Assembly: GCA_000406005.1 (NCBI GenBank)
Contig: ASZN01000007.1
Location: 937 to 64,936 of the forward strand
Reading direction: 5' to 3'
Length of the DNA stretch: 64,000 bases
DNA from: Candidatus Poribacteria bacterium WGA-3G
GTDB taxonomy: Bacteria > Poribacteria > WGA-4E > WGA-3G
Shown one piece after another: positions 8,673 to 18,019 of this stretch. The notes beneath the pieces are model-generated. The model did no database searches, was not told the origin of the DNA, and was given only the letters and a program-made list of their open reading frames with translations. Every line of letters begins with the position of its first letter. Position 1 is the stretch's first letter. The position numbers and the translations under genes were made by a program.

Positions 8673-9515
8673 CTACCTTGTCTTAAGCGCCCCCCACGTC
8701 GTCGTCAATTTACCAGCAATATCCACAGTCAGAATGTCCCGCGAGTTCATGACCGCCTCGACCTCTTCCGCCGTTAACGCGCGATCATACACAACCAACT
8801 CATCGAGCAAACCTTTATAGAGGTTCGCACCGTTATTCGTATCCGGTCTGCCCCCGATTTCGATGTTATTGTCGTTCCAGACCATCACGGGAGCGTTGTT
8901 CGGGGTCGCTTTCTCACCCACAAGCTCACCATCAACGTAGACTTCAAGCTTTTCGTCATCAAAAGTACCGGCGACGTGATACCAGGTATCCGGTTTTAAA
9001 CCCAAATTCGGCACTGAAACCGTCGTATCAACATCGGCACCGTTAAACGGACCCATCTTCTTCTGCCCAGAATTGATATACCAGTACAACCCTTCACCGC
9101 TGCCGAGTCCAAATTCGACGTTATCATCGCTTGTCCCAGACTTGTCGTAAAAGATGTTCCCATAGACGTGCCCATTGCCGAGCGCGACATCCGATATTTC
9201 AAACGGGAATATCCAAACAGCGACAGTCAGATGCTCCACATAGAGTTCGCTCTGCCCGCCCGGATCAATAATTAGGGCAGGGCCGCCCGAGAATTCTATC
9301 GCACCGCCGACTTTGCCTTTGGCAACGAATTCCGCGCTGTCGTGGAGTTCCGCTTCAAACCCTTTCGGACCGACATCTCTCGCAACATCACCTTTACCTT
9401 CATTGAACGGCAAGTAAAAGTGTATACCATCCGTGATCCGTGCCGTAGCACTGAGCGTTGCAACACAAAAAGTAAAAATCGCGAAAATCAAGAAAAGTCT
9501 TCTCATTTTGTCCAC
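8673..9515 (-). CDS. secreted LamG/concanavalin-A-like lectin domain protein
   Basis: N-terminal signal peptide (LFLIFAIFTFCVATLSA) and the typical Laminin_G_3 C-terminal motif LLDELVVYDRALTAEEV. Confidence 0.65.
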   Translation of the reverse strand: MDKMRRLFLIFAIFTFCVATLSATARITDGIHFYLPFNEGKGDVARDVGPKGFEAELHDSAEFVAKGKVGGAIEFSGGPALIIDPGGQSELYVEHLTVAVWIFPFEISDVALGNGHVYGNIFYDKSGTSDDNVEFGLGSGEGLYWYINSGQKKMGPFNGADVDTTVSVPNLGLKPDTWYHVAGTFDDEKLEVYVDGELVGEKATPNNAPVMVWNDNNIEIGGRPDTNNGANLYKGLLDELVVYDRALTAEEVEAVMNSRDILTVDIAGKLTTTWGALKTR

Positions 9516-10003
9516 TCCTTCTTATTCTGTGTTACCGGTTGTAAAATTCACAAAAGCACCGTGATAAGTACCTCTATTTTAATACACCTATAGGTCTGCG
9601 TCAAGAAAAACCCGCATGCCCAATATCAACATGTCCGGCTCCGTTGCGAGTGAAAAAATAAATTTGCATTTCCGAGTTGAATATGCTATTATATACAATG
9701 TAAATATAAAACAACTTAACAATTTAGAGGATTATACTTTTACAAATAACCATAAGGGTCAATTTTAGCAATAACAACCATCTCGGACCCAGAGCCGGTA
9801 GGTTCGGTTTCCTAACCGAACCGGATTTTACAAAGAAACCTTTTAGTGAAATCTGATAAGATTTTCTCTCATGAAAAATTACAAGAAAATTCGGACTAAA
9901 AATTCGTAACCGATTCTCAGACCCAACGTTTATACTCTCACACATGTGGACATGTATACATGTAGGCATATACGGAAGCGTAAGTAAAATTGAGGTGATT
10001 AAC

Positions 10004-10201
10004 GTGGAAACAACTCGGAAACCGACTACGATGGTGCCGCCATCTCGTCAAGGGAAAAAAACAATTTCGGGACATTTCGATAAGGATGTGCATCGGCAGT
10101 TGAAAGTACTCGCCTTGGAGAAGGATACGAGTATCCAAAACCTATTGAGCCAAGCGTTGAACGCGCTGTTCGAGCGGAACAATATGCCGCCGATCGCGTA
10201 A
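10004..10201 (+). CDS. ribbon-helix-helix (CopG/ParG-like) protein
   Basis: KKTISGHFDKDVHRQLKVLALEKDTSIQNLLSQALNALF fits a beta-strand plus two helices. GAGGTGA RBS precedes the GTG at 10004. Confidence 0.5.
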   Translation: METTRKPTTMVPPSRQGKKTISGHFDKDVHRQLKVLALEKDTSIQNLLSQALNALFERNNMPPIA

Positions 10202-10222
10202 AACCTATTGCGGGAGGTTATG

Positions 10223-10420
10223 ATGATTTCGAACGCGGATTGGAGAATCTTAGAAAAAACGAATCGGATGCTCGCGCTGAACTGGGAAGCACTCAGACGC
10301 GCACGCGCAACCGAGGATAAGCATACCATCAAGATGGCTGAGATGAGGTACTTCCAAGCATTACAAAGTGTGATTGCATCGACCCAAAACGCCGTGGCGC
10401 AGTATACAATCTCAAAGTAA
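10223..10420 (+). CDS. hypothetical helical protein
   Basis: GGAGG RBS 5 nt upstream of the ATG. The gene is followed by a strong terminator. No recognisable motif. Confidence 0.35.
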   Translation: MISNADWRILEKTNRMLALNWEALRRARATEDKHTIKMAEMRYFQALQSVIASTQNAVAQYTISK

Positions 10421-10463
10421 TGTCATCATCTTTAACACTTTACTGTCTGCTTTAAGTCGCGAT

Positions 10464-10500
10464 AAAGGGAACAACATCAGCGTTGTTCCCTTTATTTTTT
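10464..10500. terminator. intrinsic terminator (12-bp stem AAAGGGAACAAC/GTTGTTCCCTTT plus T-run)
   Basis: Perfect stem, 6-nt loop, then TTTATTTTTT. It lies between convergent genes. Confidence 0.8.
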
Positions 10501-10614
10501 CACTTTCCAAATTCAGCAGGTTCGGTTTACAATTGGGCGTCTCATAGCAAAACGTGTGCGGATCTGGTCCATGACGATTATTTTTTAAAATTAATATCTC
10601 TGGAGGGAAATCTG

Positions 10615-11844
10615 CTATACAATAGACGAACGCGCTTGTATTATTGCCCACGCGAATGTGCTATCAATCTCAAATTTCGGTTCTGGGTGCCCTGACTCCG
10701 CCAATAACCTTCTCGCGATTGGTATACCCATACCAAAACGCTGTACAAAACCGAAAGTGCGCATCGCATCCGCTAAATTAGGGTTGCGATAATCAACATA
10801 CCCCGGCTCACCAAAATTTTCAGCCGTTACCGTACCAAATACACCACCAGGGCTCAAAACTTCAATCCGGTCATTATACCAATAAACACGAACCGGTGCA
10901 TTCGTCGCTTCGTAAGCCCGGTGCATAATTGCGTTTCGGGTAATCTGTTGCACCGCTTCTATCGGGTAAAGTGCCGTCCGCTTTTCGATAGGACCAGATG
11001 TAATGTCAACCGCAATACGATTATGTGCTATTAATTTATCGTCTAAGCGGCGGATCTGATCCGGAATCGCGCCACGGATAGCCAGACTGTCAATAATATC
11101 ATCCGTAAGTTCATTCCCATCAATTCTGAGGAATTGTATATAAGCACCCGGCAGAAAGTCTTGCGGATTCTTTCCAATCGTGAGGATTCCAAGTACAGTA
11201 GCAGTCGCATCATCAACAGCAGTAATCATTTTCGTTGCTGCGAGTTGCTCCTCCAAACTCCGATCATTGGCTTCCAGGACCTCCTCAGAAAAGGCTTTAG
11301 GTAGATAGTCATAACTGAATAGCGCGAGATTAAGGTCTGAAAGGCCTGCCCTCGAAATCGGGTACAAATCAAAGGGTCGATCCCCATATCGTCGTTTTTC
11401 GTTGAGCATCCGTTCATCTTGTGCCGTTGCAATACCTCGACGTGGGCCTATTCGGATATGAATCGCGCCTCTGCATCGGACCGGCGGCGAATTGGAGGGT
11501 TGCACTGCGACGACAGCAATTTCATTGCCGTGCAGTATCCGCCTTTCCACTGTTAATGATGGCGGGGGCAGGATATTCCCATCCGTCTTCATGTCCGCCA
11601 ATTGACGGAGCAATTCATCTGTGATTGGTGTAGTGCCGAGAGTTGCATTGTCTCTGACTCCGAAAAAAATAAGTCCGACTTCCCCACGGTCGCGTAGATC
11701 GTTGGCAAAAGCACAAATCGCCTCTCGAACCTTTTCTGGAGCACTACCAGACAGGGACTCTTTGAACTCAACAGCGTCAGATTCCCCAGTTTTAATGATT
11801 TGCAGTAGTTCTTCGTCTGTTAAATTCGACATCAGAATATCCAC
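10615..11844 (-). CDS. AlbA_2 (Schlafen-like) plus HATPase_c_4 domain protein (annotated in databases as putative transcriptional regulator / RecG-like)
   Basis: TGESDAVEFKESL...EAICAFANDL...GLIFFGV forms the AlbA_2 core. The C-terminal half has RNAIMHRAYE...GFVQRFGMGI. Confidence 0.65.
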   Translation of the reverse strand: MDILMSNLTDEELLQIIKTGESDAVEFKESLSGSAPEKVREAICAFANDLRDRGEVGLIFFGVRDNATLGTTPITDELLRQLADMKTDGNILPPPSLTVERRILHGNEIAVVAVQPSNSPPVRCRGAIHIRIGPRRGIATAQDERMLNEKRRYGDRPFDLYPISRAGLSDLNLALFSYDYLPKAFSEEVLEANDRSLEEQLAATKMITAVDDATATVLGILTIGKNPQDFLPGAYIQFLRIDGNELTDDIIDSLAIRGAIPDQIRRLDDKLIAHNRIAVDITSGPIEKRTALYPIEAVQQITRNAIMHRAYEATNAPVRVYWYNDRIEVLSPGGVFGTVTAENFGEPGYVDYRNPNLADAMRTFGFVQRFGMGIPIARRLLAESGHPEPKFEIDSTFAWAIIQARSSIV

Positions 11845-11937
11845 CTAATTTGGTAAAATCGAAAAATCTATAATAAGTATACAGAGGGCGTTTGAGTTTG
11901 TCAAGGCATCATCTTTGATTCGGTTGTTCTTGTGCAA

Positions 11938-13638
11938 TCAATACAGCACATGCACCCGATTCTTTCCGCGCACCGTCTCATCTGGCAACACTATCGGCAC
12001 TTCAACGACAACAATGATCGCGCCATCCGCACTCATCGCAAGCGTATCATAAGGCAGTTGTCCCTCTGTACGGTAGGTGTACAGATATTTCGATAAGCCG
12101 CTGCCGTCTGCTGTCAAATCAAATACCGACACACCGTGAAGACTCTCGTTCGGATCTTGTGTACGCTTAGAGACAGACAACACAGCGTAGCGATCCTTCA
12201 CATCAACGCGTAAACCTTGCGGCATATTCTCAAGCTGCCACTGCCAGATTTTCTCACCCGACCACGAATAGGCGAACAGCGTCATCCCATTCGGATGTGC
12301 TGCCGAAGGGCGTTGCGCACCTTTTCGGAGATGATATGGGATGTAGGTGTCTCCAGTGACGAAGAGAGCGGCTGCGTCTGTCGCCCCAATCGTACCAGAA
12401 GTCGCCACAATCGGAATACCACTCACCTCCAGAGGGGTCGTCAAGTTTTCCTGCCATATCGGTTCGGGACTATCAACGTCAAAGATAAATGCACGTCCGT
12501 CGTCTGTTGTTACATTGATGAATTTGCCGTCGGGAGACATGCTAACCCCACGCCAAAACGTGACCTGTGGAAAATACGCGCGCAGCGGTTCAATATCCGC
12601 ATGCCACTTTTCTGTCCCGTCTGCTGTGTTAAGAACAACGAGTTTTCCATTACCGGCACCGTTTTCATCGGTCGGACTCCCTTGTAAGTTATGTCCACTG
12701 TCTGTCACGATCCCAAGCGTCTTCCCATCGGCACTTACGTCAAACCAGCGTATTATCTTTGAAGTCGCACTGTCGCGGGGCCATTTCCAAATAACATCCC
12801 CCGTTTCGCTGTCAAACCTATAGAGTTGCGACATCTTACGGGGTGTATCGTTTTCTGTCCATGAATGCACGCTTGCGACCAAAAGATCGCCGTTAGCCAG
12901 CGTTCGCATACACACTGGACCGGGATAACTGACCCACGCGTAAACACTGTCCGGATCGCTCGGTGTAGAGGTTTCGATGTCATCAGCAGTACGATACTTC
13001 CAACGGAGCGTCGGCTTCTCGGTTGCGAGATCGTAGCAATAGATAAATCCGTCAGCCGCCTGCTCCCCAACATAGAGCAGCGTACCATCGGGATTAAACG
13101 CCATCCGTCTCACATATCCTTCTGAGATACGCGTTTTCCAAAGTGTCTCACCCGTGATTGGTTGGAGCACAGCAAGATGTCCACTGTCCGTCGCAACCGC
13201 CAATCTTTCAGTATTAGGGGCGTTGCCGTGTCCTAAAGCAACCGCAGTCGGTTTCGCAGGGCGCCGGAGGTTTTCCATCAGCGACAAAAGCCCGTCTAAT
13301 TCAACCGTGCGGATGAGATACGACACCGGCTTTAGCGGCGCAGTCGCCGTTTTCACGCGATCATTCAAGCGAAACTGATAACCTTGGTTCGGTTGCCATC
13401 TGAATCGCAATAGGACACGATTCGTATCAAGGCGTTGAGTCGTCAATCCTTCGGCTAATTCGCGCGCTGTGTCGTCAGACACAGCGGTAACACCGATGTC
13501 GTCCGAGAGACCGTCTTTGTGTTCGGTTTCAACAACGACACCTGTCCGAACCCAAGTGACACTCACATCGGCTGTTGCAATACCGATAGAGAAAATGAAA
13601 AGTAAGCAGAGAAAATGAAAAATTTGAATTCGCTTCAT
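11938..13638 (-). CDS. secreted beta-propeller-like protein (PQQ/WD40-like repeats), third gene of the B12-riboswitch operon
   Basis: The internal start MKRIQIFHFLCLLFIFSIGIATA at 13638 gives a signal peptide and removes the overlap with the upstream gene. Repeated DG..LY/W..W blade-like segments follow. Confidence 0.6.
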   Translation of the reverse strand: MKRIQIFHFLCLLFIFSIGIATADVSVTWVRTGVVVETEHKDGLSDDIGVTAVSDDTARELAEGLTTQRLDTNRVLLRFRWQPNQGYQFRLNDRVKTATAPLKPVSYLIRTVELDGLLSLMENLRRPAKPTAVALGHGNAPNTERLAVATDSGHLAVLQPITGETLWKTRISEGYVRRMAFNPDGTLLYVGEQAADGFIYCYDLATEKPTLRWKYRTADDIETSTPSDPDSVYAWVSYPGPVCMRTLANGDLLVASVHSWTENDTPRKMSQLYRFDSETGDVIWKWPRDSATSKIIRWFDVSADGKTLGIVTDSGHNLQGSPTDENGAGNGKLVVLNTADGTEKWHADIEPLRAYFPQVTFWRGVSMSPDGKFINVTTDDGRAFIFDVDSPEPIWQENLTTPLEVSGIPIVATSGTIGATDAAALFVTGDTYIPYHLRKGAQRPSAAHPNGMTLFAYSWSGEKIWQWQLENMPQGLRVDVKDRYAVLSVSKRTQDPNESLHGVSVFDLTADGSGLSKYLYTYRTEGQLPYDTLAMSADGAIIVVVEVPIVLPDETVRGKNRVHVLY

Positions 13639-13715
13639 GTTGTGTTTCCTTGTGTTGTCTGAATGCTTTTTCTGCGTGAGTGAAAAACCGCACCTACGGA
13701 CCCGACAGCCATAAC

Positions 13716-15722
13716 TTAATCCGCCACGCGCCAGAGTCCGCGTCCTAACCTCGCACCGAGAAGTACACCGATAAATGTGTAGGCGAACCCCTCTACTAAG
13801 ATTCGGAGGACAATATACCAATCGGCGTAGAAAAGTCGATAGAATAGCATAGAGAGTTGAAAATCGACATAGACAGCGATCGCGTCGCAGACCCCCAACA
13901 CGACGGCCCATGCCAATATGTTCCGTCCGCGCACAAACAGAAATCCCGTTTCCAATAAGAGGACACTCGTACCGGTATAGACAATCGCCATCGGTGTAAA
14001 GAGCCCGAACGTAACGCCGCTCAGCAGCAACCGCACCGCCGAGACGAGTAAAATCACACCGCTTCCGTTGCTTTGCCGCTTCGCATTCACATATTCAAGC
14101 GTCGCAGCGTCCGTGTTCTGCCTGCCTTGGTAGGTGTGCCTTGTAAGCGTGCCTGCCGTCCTTTTAGGATCCCCGCTAATATAAATTAACAACGCCGTCA
14201 ACAAGGCGTAGTAGAGGGTCTCATTTATCAAACCCGTTAGGAGCACAGAAATCGGACCGAGAACTGCGCGGATTAAGTTGAGAAACAACGTTGATGGGAC
14301 CATCACCCCCACGAAAATCGTCGCGCCGAATAACGCGATAACAATGATCTGTTTCGTTGTGAATCCCGCAAAAATTCGCTTGTGAAACCGCAAGACAACT
14401 GCAAAGCCGATACTACTGCAAATTATCGCCAGTAGACTGATAAGCAGTGCTTGCTGATTTGGAACAATTAGGTGCAACGGTCGCTTTTCGCGAAGGACGG
14501 TTGCATCGCTGCCCCAGACTTTCACCGTAATGTCACGCTGATACACTCCAGGGATCGCCTGTTCCGGCTTCCCTTGCCTGATATACATCGGGTGAAAATA
14601 GACAGGAAGTGGAATTTCTGTAACCACACCTGCTGGAAGGCTTGCAAATGCCACACTCTGATTTATGCCGCCGTTCGCTGTCTCTGGAGGCGCGAGAAAC
14701 GGAATCGTTTCGCCGCTATTTATATCTATATTGCTCGACGATACGACCACATGAATCGTCGCTGCACTATCATTGCGGAGACGCACTGTCTGATAAGTTG
14801 TCGGCTCGAAGGCGTTGGTCTGCGCTGTTCCGAACCCTCTAAAAAATGGACGCGCATAGTGGATAGTATTCGCTCGCTGCCTCGAATCCGCTGCACCTAT
14901 CGCATCCGTAGGCATCACAATCGATTCGATGGAGAGGCGTTCAGCAATCTCTGGAATTGTCGCCATCTGCAGTGCCACCTTCGCCTGCTGCTCCCATACC
15001 TGACCACTGTCTGCCGTAAAACGGACAGTCCCAGAAATTTCTTGTCCATCTGTCTGATTTTCCTCAGATGTTCTCAAAACTAACTCACGGTACCAGACCT
15101 CCGATGCGACTTTAAATCTATCAGTGGTGGAGAGGCAAGTTTCGGTCCCGATTGTCTCACTTCTCCAGTCCTCTGGTAACCGAACGATTGTCAATGTAGA
15201 GGGAAGACAGAGTTGGAAATCAAAGGTCGCTGCCACATTCCCGTTTCTAACAAGGACAGTGGCTGTCATTTCACTTTCTTTCAAAACGAGTGCCTTCTGA
15301 CTGCTTCCGAACGTCTGCCCTGTATCCGCTTGTGGTGCAGTCCCATAAGGAATCGCGATTTCTAAGCTCCCTTGTGCATACGAACGCGGGGCGGTTACAA
15401 TTTGACTATCAACACCTCCCGTTACCAGAGTCGCCTCAAATCTGTAGGTTTCCCCCTCGCGCCATTCAAAGTAGAGCGGTTCTATCTGTCGCGGTGGTGT
15501 CGGAAAGTTGAGTTGCGCGACCCTCACACCGTCTTCATTAAAGGCGTTCAGACGCTGTACCGGCGACGCTTCACCGAACCGCACCTTCGCACCCAACGAA
15601 AAGAACGCCACCTCCCATGATAACGTCTCTTCTTCAGGCGTTGAGGCACAACTGACAAGGAAAATGAGCAGTACCAGGTACCAGAGAGACTTCTTTATTA
15701 TGGATTGATCTAAAGCGTCCAT
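13716..15722 (-). CDS. lipoprotein-like extracytoplasmic domain fused to about 6-TM C-terminal membrane domain, unknown function
   Basis: Lipobox LIFLVSC follows the start at 15722. About 450 aa are soluble. Hydrophobic helices then run from LLISLLAIICSSIGFAVVL to the C-terminus. Confidence 0.55.
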   Translation of the reverse strand: MDALDQSIIKKSLWYLVLLIFLVSCASTPEEETLSWEVAFFSLGAKVRFGEASPVQRLNAFNEDGVRVAQLNFPTPPRQIEPLYFEWREGETYRFEATLVTGGVDSQIVTAPRSYAQGSLEIAIPYGTAPQADTGQTFGSSQKALVLKESEMTATVLVRNGNVAATFDFQLCLPSTLTIVRLPEDWRSETIGTETCLSTTDRFKVASEVWYRELVLRTSEENQTDGQEISGTVRFTADSGQVWEQQAKVALQMATIPEIAERLSIESIVMPTDAIGAADSRQRANTIHYARPFFRGFGTAQTNAFEPTTYQTVRLRNDSAATIHVVVSSSNIDINSGETIPFLAPPETANGGINQSVAFASLPAGVVTEIPLPVYFHPMYIRQGKPEQAIPGVYQRDITVKVWGSDATVLREKRPLHLIVPNQQALLISLLAIICSSIGFAVVLRFHKRIFAGFTTKQIIVIALFGATIFVGVMVPSTLFLNLIRAVLGPISVLLTGLINETLYYALLTALLIYISGDPKRTAGTLTRHTYQGRQNTDAATLEYVNAKRQSNGSGVILLVSAVRLLLSGVTFGLFTPMAIVYTGTSVLLLETGFLFVRGRNILAWAVVLGVCDAIAVYVDFQLSMLFYRLFYADWYIVLRILVEGFAYTFIGVLLGARLGRGLWRVAD

Positions 15723-15794
15723 GATATGAATCTCCATATCAGTACCGATGTCACTGCCCATTTTCTTCGATAGTAATTTTAAAAATTGCCAGTA

Positions 15795-15825
15795 GTGAAT
15801 GAAAGGCGCGGTTCCGAACCGCGCC
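15795..15825 (-). terminator. intercistronic GC-rich hairpin (GGCGCGGTT/AACCGCGCC) followed by TTTCATT
   Basis: 9-bp stem directly after the stop of gene 1 (15839). It may act as a partial terminator or an mRNA stabiliser. Confidence 0.45.
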
Positions 15826-15838
15826 AATGATTCCTAAA

Positions 15839-17182
15839 TTACAACGCCTGACCAATCAGCACCAGATCAAGGATATTGACGACTTCGTCACCATTAACAT
15901 CCGCGACGATGCCAGCACCCTGATCACCCAAGAACCGAGCCGCGATGACCAGATCCAAAATATTGACAACGCCATCGTTGTTTATATCTTCGCGGCGTGA
16001 GATAACTCGTGCAAACGCAAGGATAGAGGCACCCGGACCAACATGATATGTTTGCAGGAGAGACGCATCCATGACATCCATGACACGAACGTAATCCTGT
16101 CCGCCGCCTCCCCAGTCGGGTTGCGTGATATACAGATTTCCGTCCGGCGCGAAGGTCAAACCACCACCGATAGGCGCATCCGCATCGTTACTGAAGTTAG
16201 CAATCGTATCATCTTCGTCGCGAATCCAGTCTTCTGCTACGATATCGTAGATAAGCAAACCCGGTTTTTGCCAGCTGCCTTGCATGAACAGCTGCTTTTC
16301 AGAATTAAGAGCGGCGGCGCCAGGCGCGAATCCGAGCTCAACCGTTTCGGCAATCTCATCAGTAGTCGCGTCAATCACGACGATATGTCCAAGGACATCG
16401 TCGTAATTGCCTATCGTTTTGACGATAACGGACGATTCACTGTCGTTGAAGATTTCACTCGCGTTCGTCGGCACCGGAATAGATTTCAGCACCGTGTCTG
16501 TCGCTGTATCAATGACTGTGACACTGCTCTGGTAATAGTCAGTTTTACCTGCTTCTGGGTCCCATTCCCATGCAGGGTTTGATACGTAGACTTTGCCGTT
16601 GAGGAGCGTAATACCCGTCGGTTTGTTGAAAAAACCGGTGATGATCTTCGTTACATTACGATTCGGAATGTTAACGACATGCACCTCGTATGCCGCTGCA
16701 CAGGTAACGTAGGCTTTCTCATCGTTGATAAAAACGATCTGCTGAGGGGTCGCGCCTTCTTGAATCGGAATTTCACCAACGATCTCTCGGTCCTCCAAAT
16801 TGACAATAAAAATGCTATCACCATCACTCGGGGCACCCGTAACAGGTAAATTAAAAGTCGGAATATACGCGAGATGTCCTCGAACCGAAAGACCGACTGC
16901 CCGCCTCCGCTGAAGCACTTGGCTGCTAAAATGGAGTATCTCGTTGTCTACAGCCCGATTTTCATTCGGCTCCATCAGATCGATGATTGAAAGCGATGCC
17001 GTAATGCCCAAATCGGGATCTGTCAAGGCGTTTATGACAACCGCAAGGTCTTGAACCTCTGTCTGTCCAAAGGATGGACTCAGGAGGCGCGTAAACAGAA
17101 GCGCGCTTATGAGTAGGAATGTGGGTAGTTTGAGAAACGATGTAGACGAGAAGTGCCGCCGAAAGGAAAAAACTTTGTTCAT
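15839..17182 (-). CDS. secreted beta-propeller-like protein with C-terminal dockerin-type repeat pair, first gene after the B12 riboswitch
   Basis: Signal-like N-terminus, YVTN/YncE-like segments (VYVSNP, VTVIDTATD, IVVIDATTD), and C-terminal DINNDGVVNILDLV / DVNGDEVVNILDLV. Confidence 0.6.
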   Translation of the reverse strand: MNKVFSFRRHFSSTSFLKLPTFLLISALLFTRLLSPSFGQTEVQDLAVVINALTDPDLGITASLSIIDLMEPNENRAVDNEILHFSSQVLQRRRAVGLSVRGHLAYIPTFNLPVTGAPSDGDSIFIVNLEDREIVGEIPIQEGATPQQIVFINDEKAYVTCAAAYEVHVVNIPNRNVTKIITGFFNKPTGITLLNGKVYVSNPAWEWDPEAGKTDYYQSSVTVIDTATDTVLKSIPVPTNASEIFNDSESSVIVKTIGNYDDVLGHIVVIDATTDEIAETVELGFAPGAAALNSEKQLFMQGSWQKPGLLIYDIVAEDWIRDEDDTIANFSNDADAPIGGGLTFAPDGNLYITQPDWGGGGQDYVRVMDVMDASLLQTYHVGPGASILAFARVISRREDINNDGVVNILDLVIAARFLGDQGAGIVADVNGDEVVNILDLVLIGQAL

Positions 17183-17235
17183 ACTTTTTAATAAAATGTT
17201 TCGGCTTGCGAGCTTCGCCGAAACCCTCCGTAATG

Positions 17236-17272
17236 AAACAAGAAACCCCTGCTCTCGTAGAGAAGACAGGGG
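17236..17272 (-). terminator. riboswitch expression-platform terminator
   Basis: Minus strand reads CCCCUGUCUUCUCUACGAGAGCAGGGG followed by UUUCUUGUUU. Confidence 0.6.
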
Positions 17273-17387
17273 ACAAGGCGACGCTTTTATATGAGGTTTA
17301 TTCTTACTCTCACGTTGTGATTAAAAATCACGTTTACCGCGCTTCGTTCCACCGCTTTCCCGCGAAAGCAGATGCGTGAAACACAAT

Positions 17388-17545
17388 CCAGGCAGGTCTC
17401 CTGACTTCCGATCTTGCGTCCGTTGAACCTTCCCATCAATGAATTGACAGTGGCGTTTTCAGCGGGTATTTACGATCGTTCACAGTGGCGGGGCCGTGGC
17501 GGATTCTTACCGCGCTTCCCTATTCTCCGTAATGGCACCTGAACC
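17388..17545 (-). promoter_or_regulatory. cobalamin (B12) riboswitch
   Basis: Minus strand reads GGUGCC..AGGGAAGCGCGGUAAGAAUCCGCCACGGCCCCGCCACUGU..GCCACUG..GGGAAGG..AAGUCAGGAGACCUGCC (B12 box at 17391-17406). Confidence 0.85.
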
Positions 17546-17573
17546 GTTAATCTATTCAATTGTTAATGTCTAT

Positions 17574-17602
17574 ATTATATCATATAGGAACATTTTTTGC
17601 AA
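17574..17602 (-). promoter_or_regulatory. promoter TTGCAA-17-TATAAT for the riboswitch operon
   Basis: On the minus strand TTGCAA is at 17602-17597 and TATAAT at 17579-17574, with an exact 17-nt spacer. Confidence 0.6.
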
Positions 17603-17663
17603 ATTTTTCGGGTGTGTAAAGTTTTTGGCGCTCAATTCGTTACACCGTTTTCTAATGCTTCAA

Positions 17664-17832
17664 ACATAGCACTCCGCTGGAGTGCAAGAAGGCGCAACGG
17701 CTTTTCTATAGATATGTTGCTCCGCTGGAGCAAAGAGGTATCTTTAGACATAAAGACTTCTTCACGCCAGAGGCGTGATATATCTATAGAAATCAAGATT
17801 GTTCGCAGCTGCACTCCAGCGGAGTGCTATGT
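17664..17832. repeat. MITE/REP-like element with 23-nt terminal inverted repeats ACATAGCACTCCGCTGGAGTGCA / TGCACTCCAGCGGAGTGCTATGT
   Basis: The left 70 nt are collinear with 4678-4747. An internal hairpin TTGCTCCGCTGGAGCAA lies at 17717-17733. Confidence 0.7.
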
Positions 17833-17930
17833 GTATTGACGAGGGGTGTTGGAGTAAACCGCCTCTATAACGGAACGCTGCCAAAATATTTACACACCCG
17901 TGAAATGTCGGGGAATCATTAACAAAAAAT

Positions 17931-17959
17931 TTGACAATGCAGATTGGATATGGTATGAT
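17931..17959 (+). promoter_or_regulatory. promoter TTGACA-17-TATGAT (extended -10 TGG)
   Basis: AAAAATTTGACAAT-N8-GATATGGTATGATT. The same architecture recurs at 24942. Confidence 0.6.
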
Positions 17960-18019
17960 TGAAGTCAAATATCGCCTCAACTGCTACTTTACTTATCCAA
18001 TTTCGCAAAAAGTGTTATT

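Noticed and set aside
13639-13911. N-terminal 91-codon extension of the 657-aa ORF (start at 13911)
   Set aside because: The extension is Arg/Cys-rich, overlaps the 3' end of the upstream gene by almost 200 nt and lacks a signal peptide. The internal Met at 13638 gives a classical signal peptide and a clean intergenic gap.
12217-16582. Several 150-200-aa plus-strand ORFs (12217-12687, 12347-12823, 14472-15083, 16043-16582) opposite the B12-operon genes
   Set aside because: They are antisense shadows of long, well-supported minus-strand genes. They are Arg/Cys/Ser-rich with no motifs or RBSs.
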